Shown: positions 12,253 through 23,700, counted from the first letter of the stretch. The stretch: 64,000 bases of DNA from Escherichia coli (GCF_003334405.1 NZ_QOWM01000009.1), one strand, 5' to 3'. Notes: a model not told the origin generated them from the letters alone. Made by a program: numbers and translations.

Positions 12253-12371
12253 TGGAAATTTCCCATTTAGTTTCATTTGGGCAGTTTATAAACAAACGCG
12301 CGGTAGTATAAAGGCAAGCCAGACGCATTGATATACCCGTCAGAGTGACGGGTGATAAGGAGATCATCACA

Positions 12372-13151
12372 ATGGCATTTAAGATCTGGCAAATTGGTTT
12401 GCATTTACAACAGCAAGAAGCGGTAGCGGTTGCGATCGTGCGGGGCGCAAAAGAATGCTTTTTGCAACGCTGGTGGCGGTTGCCGCTGGAGAACGACATT
12501 ATCAAAGATGGGCGGATTGTTGATGCGCAGCAGCTGGCTAAAACGTTGTTACCGTGGAGTCGCGAACTGCCGCAGCGTCATCACATTATGTTGGCGTTTC
12601 CCGCCAGTCGCACATTACAGCGGTCATTTCCGCGCCCGTCGATGTCCCTTGGTGAGCGGGAGCAAACGGCCTGGCTGTCAGGGACGATGGCCCGCGAGCT
12701 GGATATGGATCCGGACTCCCTGCGCTTCGATTACAGCGAAGACTCACTCAGTCCCGCCTATAACGTGACTGCCGCGCAAAGCAAAGAGCTGGCAACGCTG
12801 CTTACTCTGGCAGAAAGGTTGCGTGTTCATGTGAGCGCGATCACCCCGGATGCCAGTGCATTACAGCGATTCCTGCCTTTTTTACCTTCTCATCAGCAAT
12901 GTCTGGCCTGGCGTGATAACGAACAGTGGCTGTGGGCGACGCGCTATAGCTGGGGGCGCAAACTGGCGGTGGGGATGACTAGCGCGAAGGAGCTGGCGGC
13001 AGCGTTATCCGTTGATCCCGAAAGCGTCGCGATATGTGGCGAAGGCGGATTTGATCCCTGGGAGGCCGTTTCTGTTCGTCAGCCGCCGCTACCGCCGCCA
13101 GGTGGAGACTTTGCCATCGCGCTGGGGCTGGCGCTTGGGAAGGCGTACTGA
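12372..13151 (+). CDS. hofM: PilM-like type IV pilus / DNA-uptake assembly protein
   Basis: First gene of a pilMNOPQ-like operon divergent from mrcA; start set at MAFKIWQIG (259 aa). Confidence 0.8.
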   Translation: MAFKIWQIGLHLQQQEAVAVAIVRGAKECFLQRWWRLPLENDIIKDGRIVDAQQLAKTLLPWSRELPQRHHIMLAFPASRTLQRSFPRPSMSLGEREQTAWLSGTMARELDMDPDSLRFDYSEDSLSPAYNVTAAQSKELATLLTLAERLRVHVSAITPDASALQRFLPFLPSHQQCLAWRDNEQWLWATRYSWGRKLAVGMTSAKELAAALSVDPESVAICGEGGFDPWEAVSVRQPPLPPPGGDFAIALGLALGKAY

Positions 13152-13690
13152 TGAACCCGCCAATTAATTTTTTGCCCTGGCGACAGCAACGCCGGACCGC
13201 TTTTCTGCGTTTCTGGTTGCTGATGTTCGTTGCGCCTCTGCTGCTGGCCGTCGGGATAACGCTAATACTGCGTCTGACAGGCAGCGCCGAAGCGCGCATA
13301 GACGCAGTTTTGCTTCAGGCGGAACAACAACTCGCCCGCAGCTTACAGATAACGAAGCCACGTTTGCTGGAGCAACAGCAGTTACGCGAACAGCGTTCGC
13401 AACGGCAGCGCCAGCGACAATTTACCCGCGACTGGCAATCTGCGCTGGAAGCACTGGCGGCGCTTTTACCCGAGCACGCCTGGCTGACAACGATAAGCTG
13501 GCAGCAGGGAACGCTGGAGATCAAGGGGCTGACAACAAGCATTACCGCGTTAAACGCACTAGAAACGTCACTCCGCCAGGATGCATCTTTTCATCTCAAT
13601 CAGCGGGGAGCCACGCAGCAGGATGCGCAGGGACGCTGGCAATTTGAGTATCAGTTAACAAGGAAGGTTAGCGATGAACATGTTCTTTGA
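13151..13690 (+). CDS. hofN: PilN-like membrane protein
   Basis: ATG overlaps the hofM stop (ATGA); N-terminal TM helix then a coiled-coil-like region. Confidence 0.8.
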   Translation: MNPPINFLPWRQQRRTAFLRFWLLMFVAPLLLAVGITLILRLTGSAEARIDAVLLQAEQQLARSLQITKPRLLEQQQLREQRSQRQRQRQFTRDWQSALEALAALLPEHAWLTTISWQQGTLEIKGLTTSITALNALETSLRQDASFHLNQRGATQQDAQGRWQFEYQLTRKVSDEHVL

Positions 13691-14114
13691 CTGGTGGTTC
13701 GCCACATCACCCCGCCTCCGCCAGCTTTGCTGGGCATTCTGGTTGCTGATGTTAGTTACGCTCATTTTTCTGTCATCGACACACCATGAAGAGCGCGACG
13801 CATTAATTCGACTACGGGCAAGTCATCACCAGCAGTGGGCCGCACTGTATCGCCTGGTAGACACCACTCCCTTCAGCGAGGAAAAAACGCTGCCCTTTTC
13901 GCCACTGGATTTTCAGTTATCCGGCGCGCAACTGGTTTCCTGGCATCCATCCGCGCAGGGAGGCGAGTTGGCGTTGAAAACGCTGTGGGAAGCAGTGCCG
14001 TCGGCATTTACACGGCTGGCAGAGCGCAACGTCAGCGTGAGCCGTTTTTCGTTAAGCGTGGAAGGTGATGATCTTTTGTTCACGCTACAACTGGAGACGC
14101 CGCATGAGGGTTAA
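13674..14114 (+). CDS. hofO: PilO-like membrane protein
   Basis: Overlaps hofN by 17 nt; N-terminal TM helix. Confidence 0.78.
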   Translation: MNMFFDWWFATSPRLRQLCWAFWLLMLVTLIFLSSTHHEERDALIRLRASHHQQWAALYRLVDTTPFSEEKTLPFSPLDFQLSGAQLVSWHPSAQGGELALKTLWEAVPSAFTRLAERNVSVSRFSLSVEGDDLLFTLQLETPHEG

Positions 14115-14508
14115 ACGCTGGTTGTTGGCAGGTATTGCATTGTGCCTTTTAACCGGTATGCGTGACCCTTTTAAACCGCCGGAAGATCTATGCCGGATTA
14201 GCGAACTTAGCCAGTGGCGCTATCAGGGGATGGTAGGGCGAGGCGAGCGCATCATCGGTGTAATAAAAGACGGGCAAAAGAAATGGCGACGGGTGCAGCA
14301 AAACGATGTGCTGGAAAACGGCTGGACAATTTTACAGCTGACGCCAGACGTACTAACGCTGGGTACCGGGACAAACTGCGAACCGCCACAATGGTTGTGG
14401 CAACGGCAAGGAGATACAAATGAAGCAATGGATAGCCGCACTACTGTTGATGCTGATACCCGGCGTACAGGCGGCAAAGCCGCAAAAAGTGACGCTGATG
14501 GTGGATGA
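14104..14508 (+). CDS. hofP: PilP-like lipoprotein
   Basis: Start set at MRVKRWLLAGIALCLLTGM (signal peptide with lipobox-like C); 134 aa. Confidence 0.75.
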   Translation: MRVKRWLLAGIALCLLTGMRDPFKPPEDLCRISELSQWRYQGMVGRGERIIGVIKDGQKKWRRVQQNDVLENGWTILQLTPDVLTLGTGTNCEPPQWLWQRQGDTNEAMDSRTTVDADTRRTGGKAAKSDADGG

Positions 14509-15658
14509 CGTTCCGGTAGCTCAGGTGTTGCAGGCGCTGGCTGAACAGGAGAAGTTGAACCTGGTCGTGTCGCCAGACGTCAGCGGTACGGTGTCGTTAC
14601 ATCTAACAGATGTTCCCTGGAAGCAGGCACTACAAACTGTAGTGAAAAGCGCCGGACTGATAACGCGGCAGGAAGGCAACATTCTCTCAGTGCATTCCAT
14701 TGCCTGGCAGAATAACAATATCGCCCGCCAGGAGGCGGAGCAGGCGCGGGCGCAGGCAAATCTGCCGCTGGAAAATCGCAGTATAACCCTGCAATACGCC
14801 GACGCGGGAGAACTGGCGAAAGCGGGGGAGAAGCTACTGAGTGCCAAAGGGAGTATGACCGTCGATAAACGCACCAATCGCCTTTTGCTACGAGATAACA
14901 AAACGGCGTTAAGCGCGCTTGAACAGTGGGTAGCGCAAATGGATCTGCCGGTCGGGCAGGTTGAGCTGTCGGCGCATATTGTCACCATTAATGAAAAAAG
15001 TTTGCGTGAGTTAGGCGTGAAATGGACGCTGGCCGATGCGCAACACGCTGGTGGCGTTGGGCAAGTCACCACGCTTGGTAGCGACCTCTCCGTAGCGACG
15101 GCGACAACGCATGTCGGTTTTAACATTGGGCGCATCAACGGACGCTTGCTGGATCTTGAGCTTTCCGCGCTCGAACAAAAACAGCAGCTGGATATTATCG
15201 CCAGTCCGCGTCTGCTGGCCTCACATCTTCAGCCTGCCAGCATTAAACAGGGGAGCGAAATTCCATATCAGGTTTCCAGCGGGGAAAGTGGCGCGACGTC
15301 GGTGGAATTTAAAGAGGCCGTCCTGGGGATGGAGGTCACGCCCACGGTGTTACAAAAAGGTCGCATCCGGCTGAAATTACACATCAGCCAGAACGTTCCG
15401 GGGCAGGTGCTACAGCAGGCCGATGGCGAAGTGCTGGCGATTGATAAGCAGGAGATCGAAACGCAGGTCGAGGTCAAAAGCGGAGAAACGTTGGCGCTGG
15501 GCGGCATTTTTACCCGTAAAAATAAATCGGGTCAGGATAGCGTACCGTTGCTTGGCGACATTCCCTGGTTCGGGCAATTATTTCGTCATGACGGAAAAGA
15601 AGATGAACGACGCGAGTTAGTGGTGTTTATCACGCCACGACTGGTTTCCAGTGAGTAA
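14420..15658 (+). CDS. hofQ: Outer-membrane secretin (PilQ/ComE-like)
   Basis: 412-aa ORF with signal peptide and secretin C-terminal region; AAGGAG SD; overlaps hofP by 89 nt. Confidence 0.9.
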   Translation: MKQWIAALLLMLIPGVQAAKPQKVTLMVDDVPVAQVLQALAEQEKLNLVVSPDVSGTVSLHLTDVPWKQALQTVVKSAGLITRQEGNILSVHSIAWQNNNIARQEAEQARAQANLPLENRSITLQYADAGELAKAGEKLLSAKGSMTVDKRTNRLLLRDNKTALSALEQWVAQMDLPVGQVELSAHIVTINEKSLRELGVKWTLADAQHAGGVGQVTTLGSDLSVATATTHVGFNIGRINGRLLDLELSALEQKQQLDIIASPRLLASHLQPASIKQGSEIPYQVSSGESGATSVEFKEAVLGMEVTPTVLQKGRIRLKLHISQNVPGQVLQQADGEVLAIDKQEIETQVEVKSGETLALGGIFTRKNKSGQDSVPLLGDIPWFGQLFRHDGKEDERRELVVFITPRLVSSE

Positions 15659-15919
15659 ACAGCCGTAAAAGCGGTAATGTTTTTACGCTGAACGTGTTTC
15701 ATCTATTTGACGCGCGCAGGTATTTAGCATACAAGGAGTACCGATTTGAGAGTTGGTGCTCTTCGCTGCCTGCGTTCCATGATGATGATTTATCATTCAG
15801 GCGGCATTTTGCTGTCTTTTTTACGCTAATCTTACCCGGTGATTTATCGCCAGAGCGGTGGTAGCAAGGCAGCGCGCTTGCAGCGACCAGATATGCAGAG
15901 GGATGGGTGATTTATTCAG

Positions 15920-15949
15920 TTGCCAAACCCGCTGGAGTATTGAGATAAT
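15920..15949 (+). promoter_or_regulatory. Candidate sigma70 promoter for aroK
   Basis: TTGCCA (15920-15925), 18-bp spacer, GATAAT (15944-15949), about 110 bp upstream of the aroK ATG. Confidence 0.3.
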
Positions 15950-16058
15950 TTTCAGTCTGACTCTCGCAATATCTTATGAGGTTTCAGTTCATGTCCTGCG
16001 GCGCTCTCTGAGCGAAGCGGGTTTATCATTAACGAATAGTCTTAGTAGTACCGAAAAA

Positions 16059-16580
16059 ATGGCAGAGAAACGCAATATCTTTCTGGTTGGGCCTATGGGT
16101 GCCGGAAAAAGCACTATTGGGCGCCAGTTAGCTCAACAACTCAATATGGAATTTTACGATTCCGATCAAGAGATTGAGAAACGAACCGGAGCTGATGTGG
16201 GCTGGGTTTTCGATTTAGAAGGCGAAGAAGGCTTCCGCGATCGCGAAGAAAAGGTCATCAATGAGTTGACCGAGAAACAGGGTATTGTGCTGGCTACTGG
16301 CGGCGGCTCTGTGAAATCCCGTGAAACGCGTAACCGTCTTTCCGCTCGTGGCGTTGTCGTTTATCTTGAAACGACCATCGAAAAGCAACTTGCACGCACG
16401 CAGCGTGATAAAAAACGCCCGTTGCTGCACGTTGAAACACCGCCGCGTGAAGTTCTGGAAGCGTTGGCCAATGAACGCAATCCGCTGTATGAAGAGATTG
16501 CCGACGTGACCATTCGTACTGATGATCAAAGCGCTAAAGTGGTTGCAAACCAGATTATTCACATGCTGGAAAGCAACTAA
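16059..16580 (+). CDS. aroK: Shikimate kinase I
   Basis: Walker [10 protein letters not shown]; 173 aa from ATG at 16059 ([11 protein letters not shown]..); ORF-track start 15858 is a 67-codon extension. Confidence 0.95.
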   Translation: MAEKRNIFLVGPMGAGKSTIGRQLAQQLNMEFYDSDQEIEKRTGADVGWVFDLEGEEGFRDREEKVINELTEKQGIVLATGGGSVKSRETRNRLSARGVVVYLETTIEKQLARTQRDKKRPLLHVETPPREVLEALANERNPLYEEIADVTIRTDDQSAKVVANQIIHMLESN

Positions 16581-16636
16581 TTCTGGCTTTATATACACTC
16601 GTCTGCGGGTACAGTAATTAAGGTGGATGTCGCGTT

Positions 16637-17725
16637 ATGGAGAGGATTGTCGTTACTCTCGGGGAACGTAGTTACCCAATTACCATCGCATCTGGTTTGT
16701 TTAATGAACCAGCTTCATTCTTACCGCTGAAATCGGGCGAGCAGGTCATGTTGGTCACCAACGAAACCCTGGCTCCTCTGTATCTCGATAAGGTCCGCGG
16801 CGTACTTGAACAGGCGGGTGTTAACGTCGATAGCGTTATCCTCCCTGACGGCGAGCAGTATAAAAGCCTGGCTGTACTCGATACCGTCTTTACGGCGTTG
16901 TTACAAAAACCGCATGGTCGCGATACTACGCTGGTGGCGCTTGGCGGCGGCGTAGTGGGCGATCTGACCGGCTTCGCGGCGGCGAGTTATCAGCGCGGTG
17001 TCCGTTTCATTCAAGTCCCGACGACGTTACTGTCGCAGGTCGATTCCTCCGTTGGCGGCAAAACTGCGGTCAACCATCCCCTCGGTAAAAACATGATTGG
17101 CGCGTTCTACCAACCTGCTTCAGTGGTGGTGGATCTCGACTGTCTGAAAACGCTTCCCCCGCGTGAGTTAGCGTCGGGGCTGGCAGAAGTCATCAAATAC
17201 GGCATTATTCTTGACGGTGCGTTTTTTAACTGGCTGGAAGAGAATCTGGATGCGTTGTTGCGTCTGGACGGTCCGGCAATGGCGTACTGTATTCGCCGTT
17301 GTTGTGAACTGAAGGCAGAAGTTGTCGCCGCCGACGAGCGCGAAACCGGGTTACGTGCTTTACTGAATCTGGGACACACCTTTGGTCATGCCATTGAAGC
17401 TGAAATGGGGTATGGCAATTGGTTACATGGTGAAGCGGTCGCTGCGGGTATGGTGATGGCGGCGCGGACGTCGGAACGTCTCGGGCAGTTTAGTTCTGCC
17501 GAAACGCAGCGTATTATAACCCTGCTCAAGCGGGCTGGGTTACCGGTCAATGGGCCGCGCGAAATGTCCGCGCAGGCGTATTTACCGCATATGCTGCGTG
17601 ACAAGAAAGTCCTTGCGGGAGAGATGCGCTTAATTCTTCCGTTGGCAATTGGTAAGAGTGAAGTTCGCAGCGGCGTTTCGCACGAGCTTGTTCTTAACGC
17701 CATTGCCGATTGTCAATCAGCGTAA
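16637..17725 (+). CDS. aroB: 3-dehydroquinate synthase
   Basis: 362 aa, [22 protein letters not shown].., directly downstream of aroK. Confidence 0.95.
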
Positions 17726-17816
17726 CAACAAGAAAGGTCAGGCCGCTTATCAAGCGGTCTATTAGCTTCAGGTTAATTGCAACGTGGTAAGCATTAACCT
17801 TTTAGTGGGGTGTTAA

Positions 17817-19103
17817 ATGGATGAATTCAAACCAGAAGACGAGCTGAAACCCGATCCCAGCGATCGTCGTACTGGTCGTTCTCGTCAATCTTCTGAACGT
17901 TCTGAGCGTACTGAACGTGGCGAACCGCAGATCAATTTTGATGATATTGAACTTGATGACACTGACGATCGCCGTCCGACTCGTGCGCAAAAAGAGCGCA
18001 ATGAGGAACCGGAAATCGAAGAAGAAATTGACGAATCCGAAGATGAAACCGTGGATGAAGAGCGCGTAGAGCGTCGTCCGCGTAAGCGCAAAAAAGCAGC
18101 CAGTAAACCCGCTTCTCGTCAGTATATGATGATGGGCGTCGGCATTCTGGTTCTACTGCTGTTGATCATCGGTATCGGTTCTGCGCTAAAAGCCCCCTCG
18201 ACCACTTCCAGCGATCAAACCGCGTCTGGCGAGAAGAGTATTGATCTTGCTGGCAATGCGACCGATCAGGCGAATGGCGTGCAGCCAGCGCCGGGAACCA
18301 CGTCTGCGGAAAATACTCAGCAGGATGTTTCTCTGCCACCGATCTCTTCTACGCCGACTCAAGGGCAAACCCCGGTGGCAACGGATGGTCAACAACGTGT
18401 TGAAGTGCAGGGTGACCTGAACAATGCGCTGACCCAGCCACAAAATCAGCAACAGCTGAACAATGTGGCGGTCAATTCCACGTTGCCGACTGAACCCGCA
18501 ACGGTTGCGCCTGTTCGCAATGGCAATGCATCGCGTGACACGGCGAAAACGCAAACCGCTGAACGTCCGTCCACTACGCGCCCAGCTCGTCAGCAGGCGG
18601 TGATTGAACCGAAAAAACCGCAAGCAACCGTGAAAACGGAGCCGAAGCCGGTAGCACAGACGCCGAAGCGTACTGAACCAGCTGCCCCTGTGGCGAGCAC
18701 GAAGGCACCGGCTGCGACTTCTACGCCAGCACCAAAAGAGACGGCGACTACGGCTCCAGTACAGACGGCATCCCCGGCGCAAACCACGGCAACACCCGCT
18801 GCTGGGGCGAAGACCGCAGGTAATGTTGGTTCGTTGAAATCGGCACCGTCCAGCCATTACACTCTGCAGCTGAGCAGTTCCTCTAACTACGACAACCTGA
18901 ACGGTTGGGCGAAGAAAGAGAATCTGAAAAACTACGTTGTCTATGAAACGACGCGTAATGGTCAGCCGTGGTATGTCCTGGTTTCTGGCGTGTACGCTTC
19001 GAAAGAAGAGGCGAAAAAAGCGGTATCTACATTGCCAGCAGATGTCCAGGCCAAAAACCCGTGGGCGAAACCGCTGCGTCAGGTACAGGCCGATCTGAAG
19101 TAA
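17817..19103 (+). CDS. damX: Cell-division protein DamX (SPOR domain)
   Basis: 428 aa: acidic N-terminus, one TM helix, long Pro/Thr/Ala/Gln-rich low-complexity linker, C-terminal SPOR-like domain. Confidence 0.9.
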
Positions 19104-19209
19104 TCAAGGTTATCTCCCGCAATGGTTTATCGTTGCGGGAGTTGCCTGAAGCGCTGGATGCTGTCGGAGCTTTCTCCACAGCCGGAGAAGGTGTAATTAG
19201 TTAGTCAGC

Positions 19210-20046
19210 ATGAAGAAAAATCGCGCTTTTTTGAAGTGGGCAGGGGGCAAGTATCCCCTGCTTGATGATATTAAACGGCATTTGCCCAAGGGCGAATGTC
19301 TGGTTGAGCCTTTTGTAGGTGCCGGGTCGGTGTTTCTCAACACCGACTTTTCTCGTTATATCCTTGCCGATATCAATAGCGACCTGATCAGTCTCTATAA
19401 CATTGTGAAGATGCGTACTGATGAGTACGTACAGGCCGCACGCGAGCTGTTTGTTCCCGAAACAAATTGCGCCGAGGTTTACTATCAGTTCCGCGAAGAG
19501 TTCAACAAAAGCCAGGATCCGTTCCGTCGGGCGGTACTGTTTTTATATTTGAACCGCTACGGTTACAACGGCCTGTGTCGTTACAATCTGCGCGGTGAGT
19601 TTAACGTGCCGTTCGGCCGCTACAAAAAACCCTATTTCCCGGAAGCAGAGTTGTATCACTTCGCTGAAAAAGCGCAGAATGCCTTTTTCTATTGTGAGTC
19701 TTACGCCGATAGCATGGCGCGCGCAGATGATGCATCCGTCGTCTATTGCGATCCGCCTTATGCACCGCTGTCTGCGACCGCCAACTTTACGGCGTATCAC
19801 ACAAACAGTTTTACGCTTGAACAACAAGCGCATCTGGCGGAGATCGCCGAAGGTCTGGTTGAGCGCCATATTCCAGTGCTGATCTCCAATCACGATACGA
19901 TGTTAACGCGTGAGTGGTATCAGCGCGCAAAATTGCATGTCGTCAAAGTTCGACGCAGTATAAGCAGCAACGGCGGCACACGTAAAAAGGTGGACGAACT
20001 GCTGGCTTTGTACAAACCAGGAGTCGTTTCACCCGCGAAAAAATAA
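19210..20046 (+). CDS. dam: DNA adenine methyltransferase (GATC N6-adenine)
   Basis: Catalytic DPPY motif ([10 protein letters not shown]) and AdoMet-binding FVGAGSVF; 278 aa. Confidence 0.95.
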
Positions 20047-20063
20047 TTCTCAAGGAGAAGCGG

Positions 20064-20741
20064 ATGAAACAGTATTTGATTGCCCCCTCAATTCTGTCGG
20101 CTGATTTTGCCCGCCTGGGTGAAGATACCGCAAAAGCCCTGGCAGCTGGCGCTGATGTCGTGCATTTTGACGTCATGGATAACCACTATGTTCCCAATCT
20201 GACGATTGGGCCAATGGTGCTGAAATCCTTGCGTAACTATGGCATTACCGCCCCTATCGACGTACACCTGATGGTGAAACCCGTCGATCGCATTGTGCCT
20301 GATTTCGCTGCCGCTGGTGCCAGCATCATTACCTTTCATCCAGAAGCCTCCGAGCATGTTGACCGCACGCTGCAACTGATTAAAGAAAATGGCTGTAAAG
20401 CGGGTCTGGTATTTAACCCGGCGACACCTCTGAGCTATCTGGATTACGTGATGGATAAGCTGGATGTGATCCTGCTGATGTCCGTCAACCCTGGTTTCGG
20501 CGGTCAGTCTTTCATTCCTCAAACACTGGATAAACTGCGCGAAGTACGTCGCCGTATCGACGAGTCTGGCTTTGACATTCGACTAGAAGTGGACGGTGGC
20601 GTGAAGGTGAACAACATTGGCGAAATCGCTGCGGCGGGCGCGGATATGTTCGTCGCCGGTTCGGCAATCTTCGACCAGCCAGACTACAAAAAAGTCATTG
20701 ATGAAATGCGCAGTGAACTGGCAAAGGTAAGTCATGAATAA
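20064..20741 (+). CDS. rpe: Ribulose-phosphate 3-epimerase
   Basis: 225 aa with [11 protein letters not shown] and [10 protein letters not shown] motifs. Confidence 0.95.
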   Translation: MKQYLIAPSILSADFARLGEDTAKALAAGADVVHFDVMDNHYVPNLTIGPMVLKSLRNYGITAPIDVHLMVKPVDRIVPDFAAAGASIITFHPEASEHVDRTLQLIKENGCKAGLVFNPATPLSYLDYVMDKLDVILLMSVNPGFGGQSFIPQTLDKLREVRRRIDESGFDIRLEVDGGVKVNNIGEIAAAGADMFVAGSAIFDQPDYKKVIDEMRSELAKVSHE

Positions 20742-21492
20742 GTTTGAAGATATTCGCGGCGTCGCTTTTGATCTTGATGGTACGCTGGTCGACAGTGCTC
20801 CTGGTCTTGCTGCTGCGGTAGATATGGCGCTGTATGCGCTGGAGTTGCCCGTCGCAGGTGAAGAACGCGTTATTACCTGGATTGGTAACGGCGCAGATGT
20901 TCTGATGGAGCGCGCATTGACCTGGGCGCGTCAGGAACGTGCGACTCAGCGTAAAACAATGGGTAAACCGCCCGTTGATGACGACATTCCGGCAGAAGAA
21001 CAGGTACGTATTCTGCGTAAACTGTTCGATCGCTACTATGGCGAGGTTGCCGAAGAGGGGACGTTTTTGTTCCCGCACGTTGCCGATACGTTGGGCGCGT
21101 TGCAGGCTAAAGGCCTGCCGCTAGGCCTGGTCACCAACAAACCGACGCCGTTCGTCGCGCCGCTGCTCGAAGCCTTAGATATCGCCAAATACTTCAGCGT
21201 GGTGATTGGTGGTGATGATGTGCAAAACAAAAAACCGCATCCGGACCCGCTGTTACTGGTGGCTGAGCGGATGGGAATTGCCCCACAACAGATGCTGTTT
21301 GTCGGCGACTCACGCAATGATATTCAGGCGGCAAAAGCGGCAGGTTGCCCATCAGTTGGCTTAACCTACGGATATAACTACGGCGAGGCTATCGATCTCA
21401 GCCAGCCTGATGTAATTTATCAGTCTATAAATGACCTTCTGCCCGCATTAGGGCTTCCGCATAGCGAAAATCAGGAATCGAAAAATGACTAA
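20734..21492 (+). CDS. gph: Phosphoglycolate phosphatase (HAD family)
   Basis: HAD motif [10 protein letters not shown]; overlaps the rpe stop by 8 nt. Confidence 0.9.
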
Positions 21493-22489
21493 GCCCATCG
21501 TTTTTAGTGGCGCACAGCCCTCAGGTGAATTGACCATTGGTAACTACATGGGTGCGCTGCGTCAGTGGGTAAACATGCAGGATGACTACCATTGCATTTA
21601 CTGTATCGTTGACCAACACGCGATCACCGTGCGCCAGGATGCACAGAAGCTGCGTAAAGCGACGCTGGATACGCTGGCCTTGTATCTGGCTTGTGGTATC
21701 GATCCTGAGAAAAGCACCATTTTTGTTCAGTCCCACGTGCCGGAACATGCACAGTTAGGCTGGGCACTGAACTGCTATACCTACTTCGGCGAACTGAGTC
21801 GCATGACGCAGTTTAAAGATAAATCTGCGCGTTATGCCGAGAACATCAACGCTGGTCTGTTTGACTATCCGGTGCTGATGGCAGCGGACATCCTGCTGTA
21901 TCAAACTAATCTGGTACCGGTGGGTGAAGACCAGAAACAGCACCTCGAACTGAGCCGCGATATTGCCCAGCGTTTCAACGCGCTGTATGGCGAGATCTTT
22001 AAGGTGCCGGAGCCGTTTATTCCGAAATCTGGCGCGCGCGTAATGTCGCTGCTGGAGCCGACCAAGAAGATGTCCAAGTCTGACGATAATCGCAATAACG
22101 TTATCGGCCTGCTGGAAGATCCGAAATCGGTAGTGAAGAAAATCAAACGTGCGGTCACTGACTCCGACGAGCCGCCGGTAGTTCGCTACGATGTGCAGAA
22201 CAAAGCGGGCGTTTCCAACCTGTTGGATATCCTTTCAGCGGTAACGGGCCAGAGCATCCCAGAACTGGAAAAACAGTTCGAAGGCAAGATGTATGGTCAT
22301 CTGAAAGGTGAAGTGGCTGATGCCGTTTCCGGTATGCTGACTGAATTGCAGGAACGCTATCACCGTTTCCGCAACGATGAAGCCTTCCTGCAACAGGTGA
22401 TGAAAGATGGCGCGGAAAAAGCCAGCGCGCACGCTTCCCGTACGCTAAAAGCGGTGTACGAAGCGATTGGTTTTGTGGCGAAGCCGTAA
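21485..22489 (+). CDS. trpS: Tryptophan--tRNA ligase
   Basis: Class I aaRS motifs TIGNYMG and KMSKS; 334 aa; overlaps gph by 8 nt. Confidence 0.95.
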   Translation: MTKPIVFSGAQPSGELTIGNYMGALRQWVNMQDDYHCIYCIVDQHAITVRQDAQKLRKATLDTLALYLACGIDPEKSTIFVQSHVPEHAQLGWALNCYTYFGELSRMTQFKDKSARYAENINAGLFDYPVLMAADILLYQTNLVPVGEDQKQHLELSRDIAQRFNALYGEIFKVPEPFIPKSGARVMSLLEPTKKMSKSDDNRNNVIGLLEDPKSVVKKIKRAVTDSDEPPVVRYDVQNKAGVSNLLDILSAVTGQSIPELEKQFEGKMYGHLKGEVADAVSGMLTELQERYHRFRNDEAFLQQVMKDGAEKASAHASRTLKAVYEAIGFVAKP

Positions 22490-22522
22490 TTCACTATTGC
22501 TGGCAAATTGCGCTTTGTTCAT

Positions 22523-22612
22523 GCCGGATGCGGCGTGAACGCCTTATCCGGCCTACAAAGTAATGCACATATTGCAAGGAAATGTAGGCCTGATAAGCGT
22601 AGCGCATCAGGC
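22523..22612. repeat. Pair of inverted REP elements (BIME-like) downstream of trpS
   Basis: GCCGGATGCGGCGTGAACGCCTTATCCGGCCTAC at 22523-22556 and inverted copy GTAGGCCTGATAAGCGTAGCGCATCAGGC at 22584-22612. Confidence 0.8.
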
Positions 22613-22636
22613 AATTTTGCTTTTATCATCACTCTG

Positions 22637-22660
22637 AAACCGGGGAAACCCGGTTTTTTT
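22637..22660 (+). terminator. Intrinsic terminator ending the aroK..trpS transcription unit
   Basis: Stem AAACCGGG / CCCGGTTT with GAAA loop, followed by a T7 run. Confidence 0.75.
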
Positions 22661-22778
22661 ATCCTCATTTGCAATAATCCGAAAAAATGTGAAGTGCCTC
22701 GCCGTTTCCACATCTCGCTGTTGCGCCTTATCTTCAAATCCCTGAAGATATAAATATTCAATTTACTGAAAATTTATT

Positions 22779-23684
22779 ATGCGTCGAACGTTTATCAAAA
22801 AAGAAGGCGTCGTCATCACGACGCTGGCCCGTTATTTGTTGGGTGAAAAGTGCGGTAATCGATTGAAAACCATAGATGAGCTGGCAAATGAATGCCGTTC
22901 ATCCGTTGGCCTGACGCAGGCCGCGTTGAAAACGCTGGAATCAAGCGGAGCGATACGGATTGAACGCCGTGGGCGCAATGGCAGTTATCTGGTCGAGATG
23001 GATAACAAAGCATTGCTGACTCATGTGGATATCAACAACGTGGTATGTGCAATGCCCTTGCCCTATACCCGTTTGTACGAAGGCCTGGCGAGCGGATTGA
23101 AAGCCCAGTTTGATGGCATTCCTTTTTACTATGCGCACATGCGTGGCGCGGATATTCGCGTGGAGTGTCTGCTTAATGGCGTGTATGACATGGCGGTGGT
23201 TTCGCGACTAGCGGCGGAAAGTTATCTCACGCAAAAAGGCTTATGCCTCGCGCTGGAGTTGGGGCCGCACACCTACGTTGGCGAGCACCAGTTGATTTGC
23301 CGTAAAGGCGAGTCCGCAAACGTGAAGCGCGTGGGGCTGGATAACCGTTCGGCGGATCAGAAAATCATGACCGATGTTTTTTTTGGCGGTAGTGATGTGG
23401 AACGAGTCGATCTCTCTTATCACGAGAGTTTACAACGCATTGTTAAAGGCGATGTCGATGCGGTGATCTGGAACGTGGTGGCGGAAAACGAACTGACCAT
23501 GCTGGGATTAGAGGCGACGCCGCTCACAGACGATCCGCGATTTTTACAGGCCACCGAAGCCGTGGTCCTGACGCGAGTCGATGATTACCCAATGCAACAA
23601 CTGCTGCGTGCCGTTGTAGATAAACACGCCCTGCTCGCCCATCAACAACGGGTAGTGAGTGGGGAACAGGAACCGAGTTATTAA
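22779..23684 (+). CDS. yhfZ: Putative transcriptional regulator of the yhf cluster
   Basis: 301-aa ORF, first gene of the co-directional yhfZ-yhfS block; regulator role is inferred from remembered annotation, not from a motif I can point to. Confidence 0.78.
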   Translation: MRRTFIKKEGVVITTLARYLLGEKCGNRLKTIDELANECRSSVGLTQAALKTLESSGAIRIERRGRNGSYLVEMDNKALLTHVDINNVVCAMPLPYTRLYEGLASGLKAQFDGIPFYYAHMRGADIRVECLLNGVYDMAVVSRLAAESYLTQKGLCLALELGPHTYVGEHQLICRKGESANVKRVGLDNRSADQKIMTDVFFGGSDVERVDLSYHESLQRIVKGDVDAVIWNVVAENELTMLGLEATPLTDDPRFLQATEAVVLTRVDDYPMQQLLRAVVDKHALLAHQQRVVSGEQEPSY

Positions 23685-23700
23685 ACGAAAGGCATCTGAT

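Noticed and set aside
15858-16058. 67-codon N-terminal extension of aroK in the ORF track; likewise extensions of pckA (to 2374), yrfG (6499), mrcA (12276), hofM (12345), hofP (14065), yhfY (23659), yhfU (27378), frlR (31132), frlC (32865), frlB (33871), frlA (35259), yheO (58666), rpsL (60506) and the TTG start of yhfK (48327).
   Set aside because: The track takes the longest ORF and accepts GTG/TTG. In each case an internal start with an SD gives the known protein N-terminus, and the extension has no conserved-looking sequence. The extended forms remain a formal possibility.
18186-18857. 223-aa Arg/Ser/Cys-rich ORF on the minus strand inside damX, plus 17885..18091 and 18590..18787.
   Set aside because: Low-complexity artefacts of the reverse complement of the Pro/Thr/Ala/Gln-rich damX linker; extreme composition and no start context.
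22523-22612. Possibility that the repeated GCCGGATGCG-type elements here and at 9615, 30286 and 46182 form a CRISPR array.
   Set aside because: Copies are single or inverted pairs at scattered intergenic sites with no regular repeat-spacer periodicity and no cas genes; they are REP/BIME elements.
22508-22761. Two overlapping about 80-aa ORFs on opposite strands in the trpS-yhfZ spacer, and ORF 9546..9734 in the nudE-mrcA spacer.
   Set aside because: They are composed largely of REP elements and terminator hairpins, so the open frames come from repeat sequence rather than coding potential.
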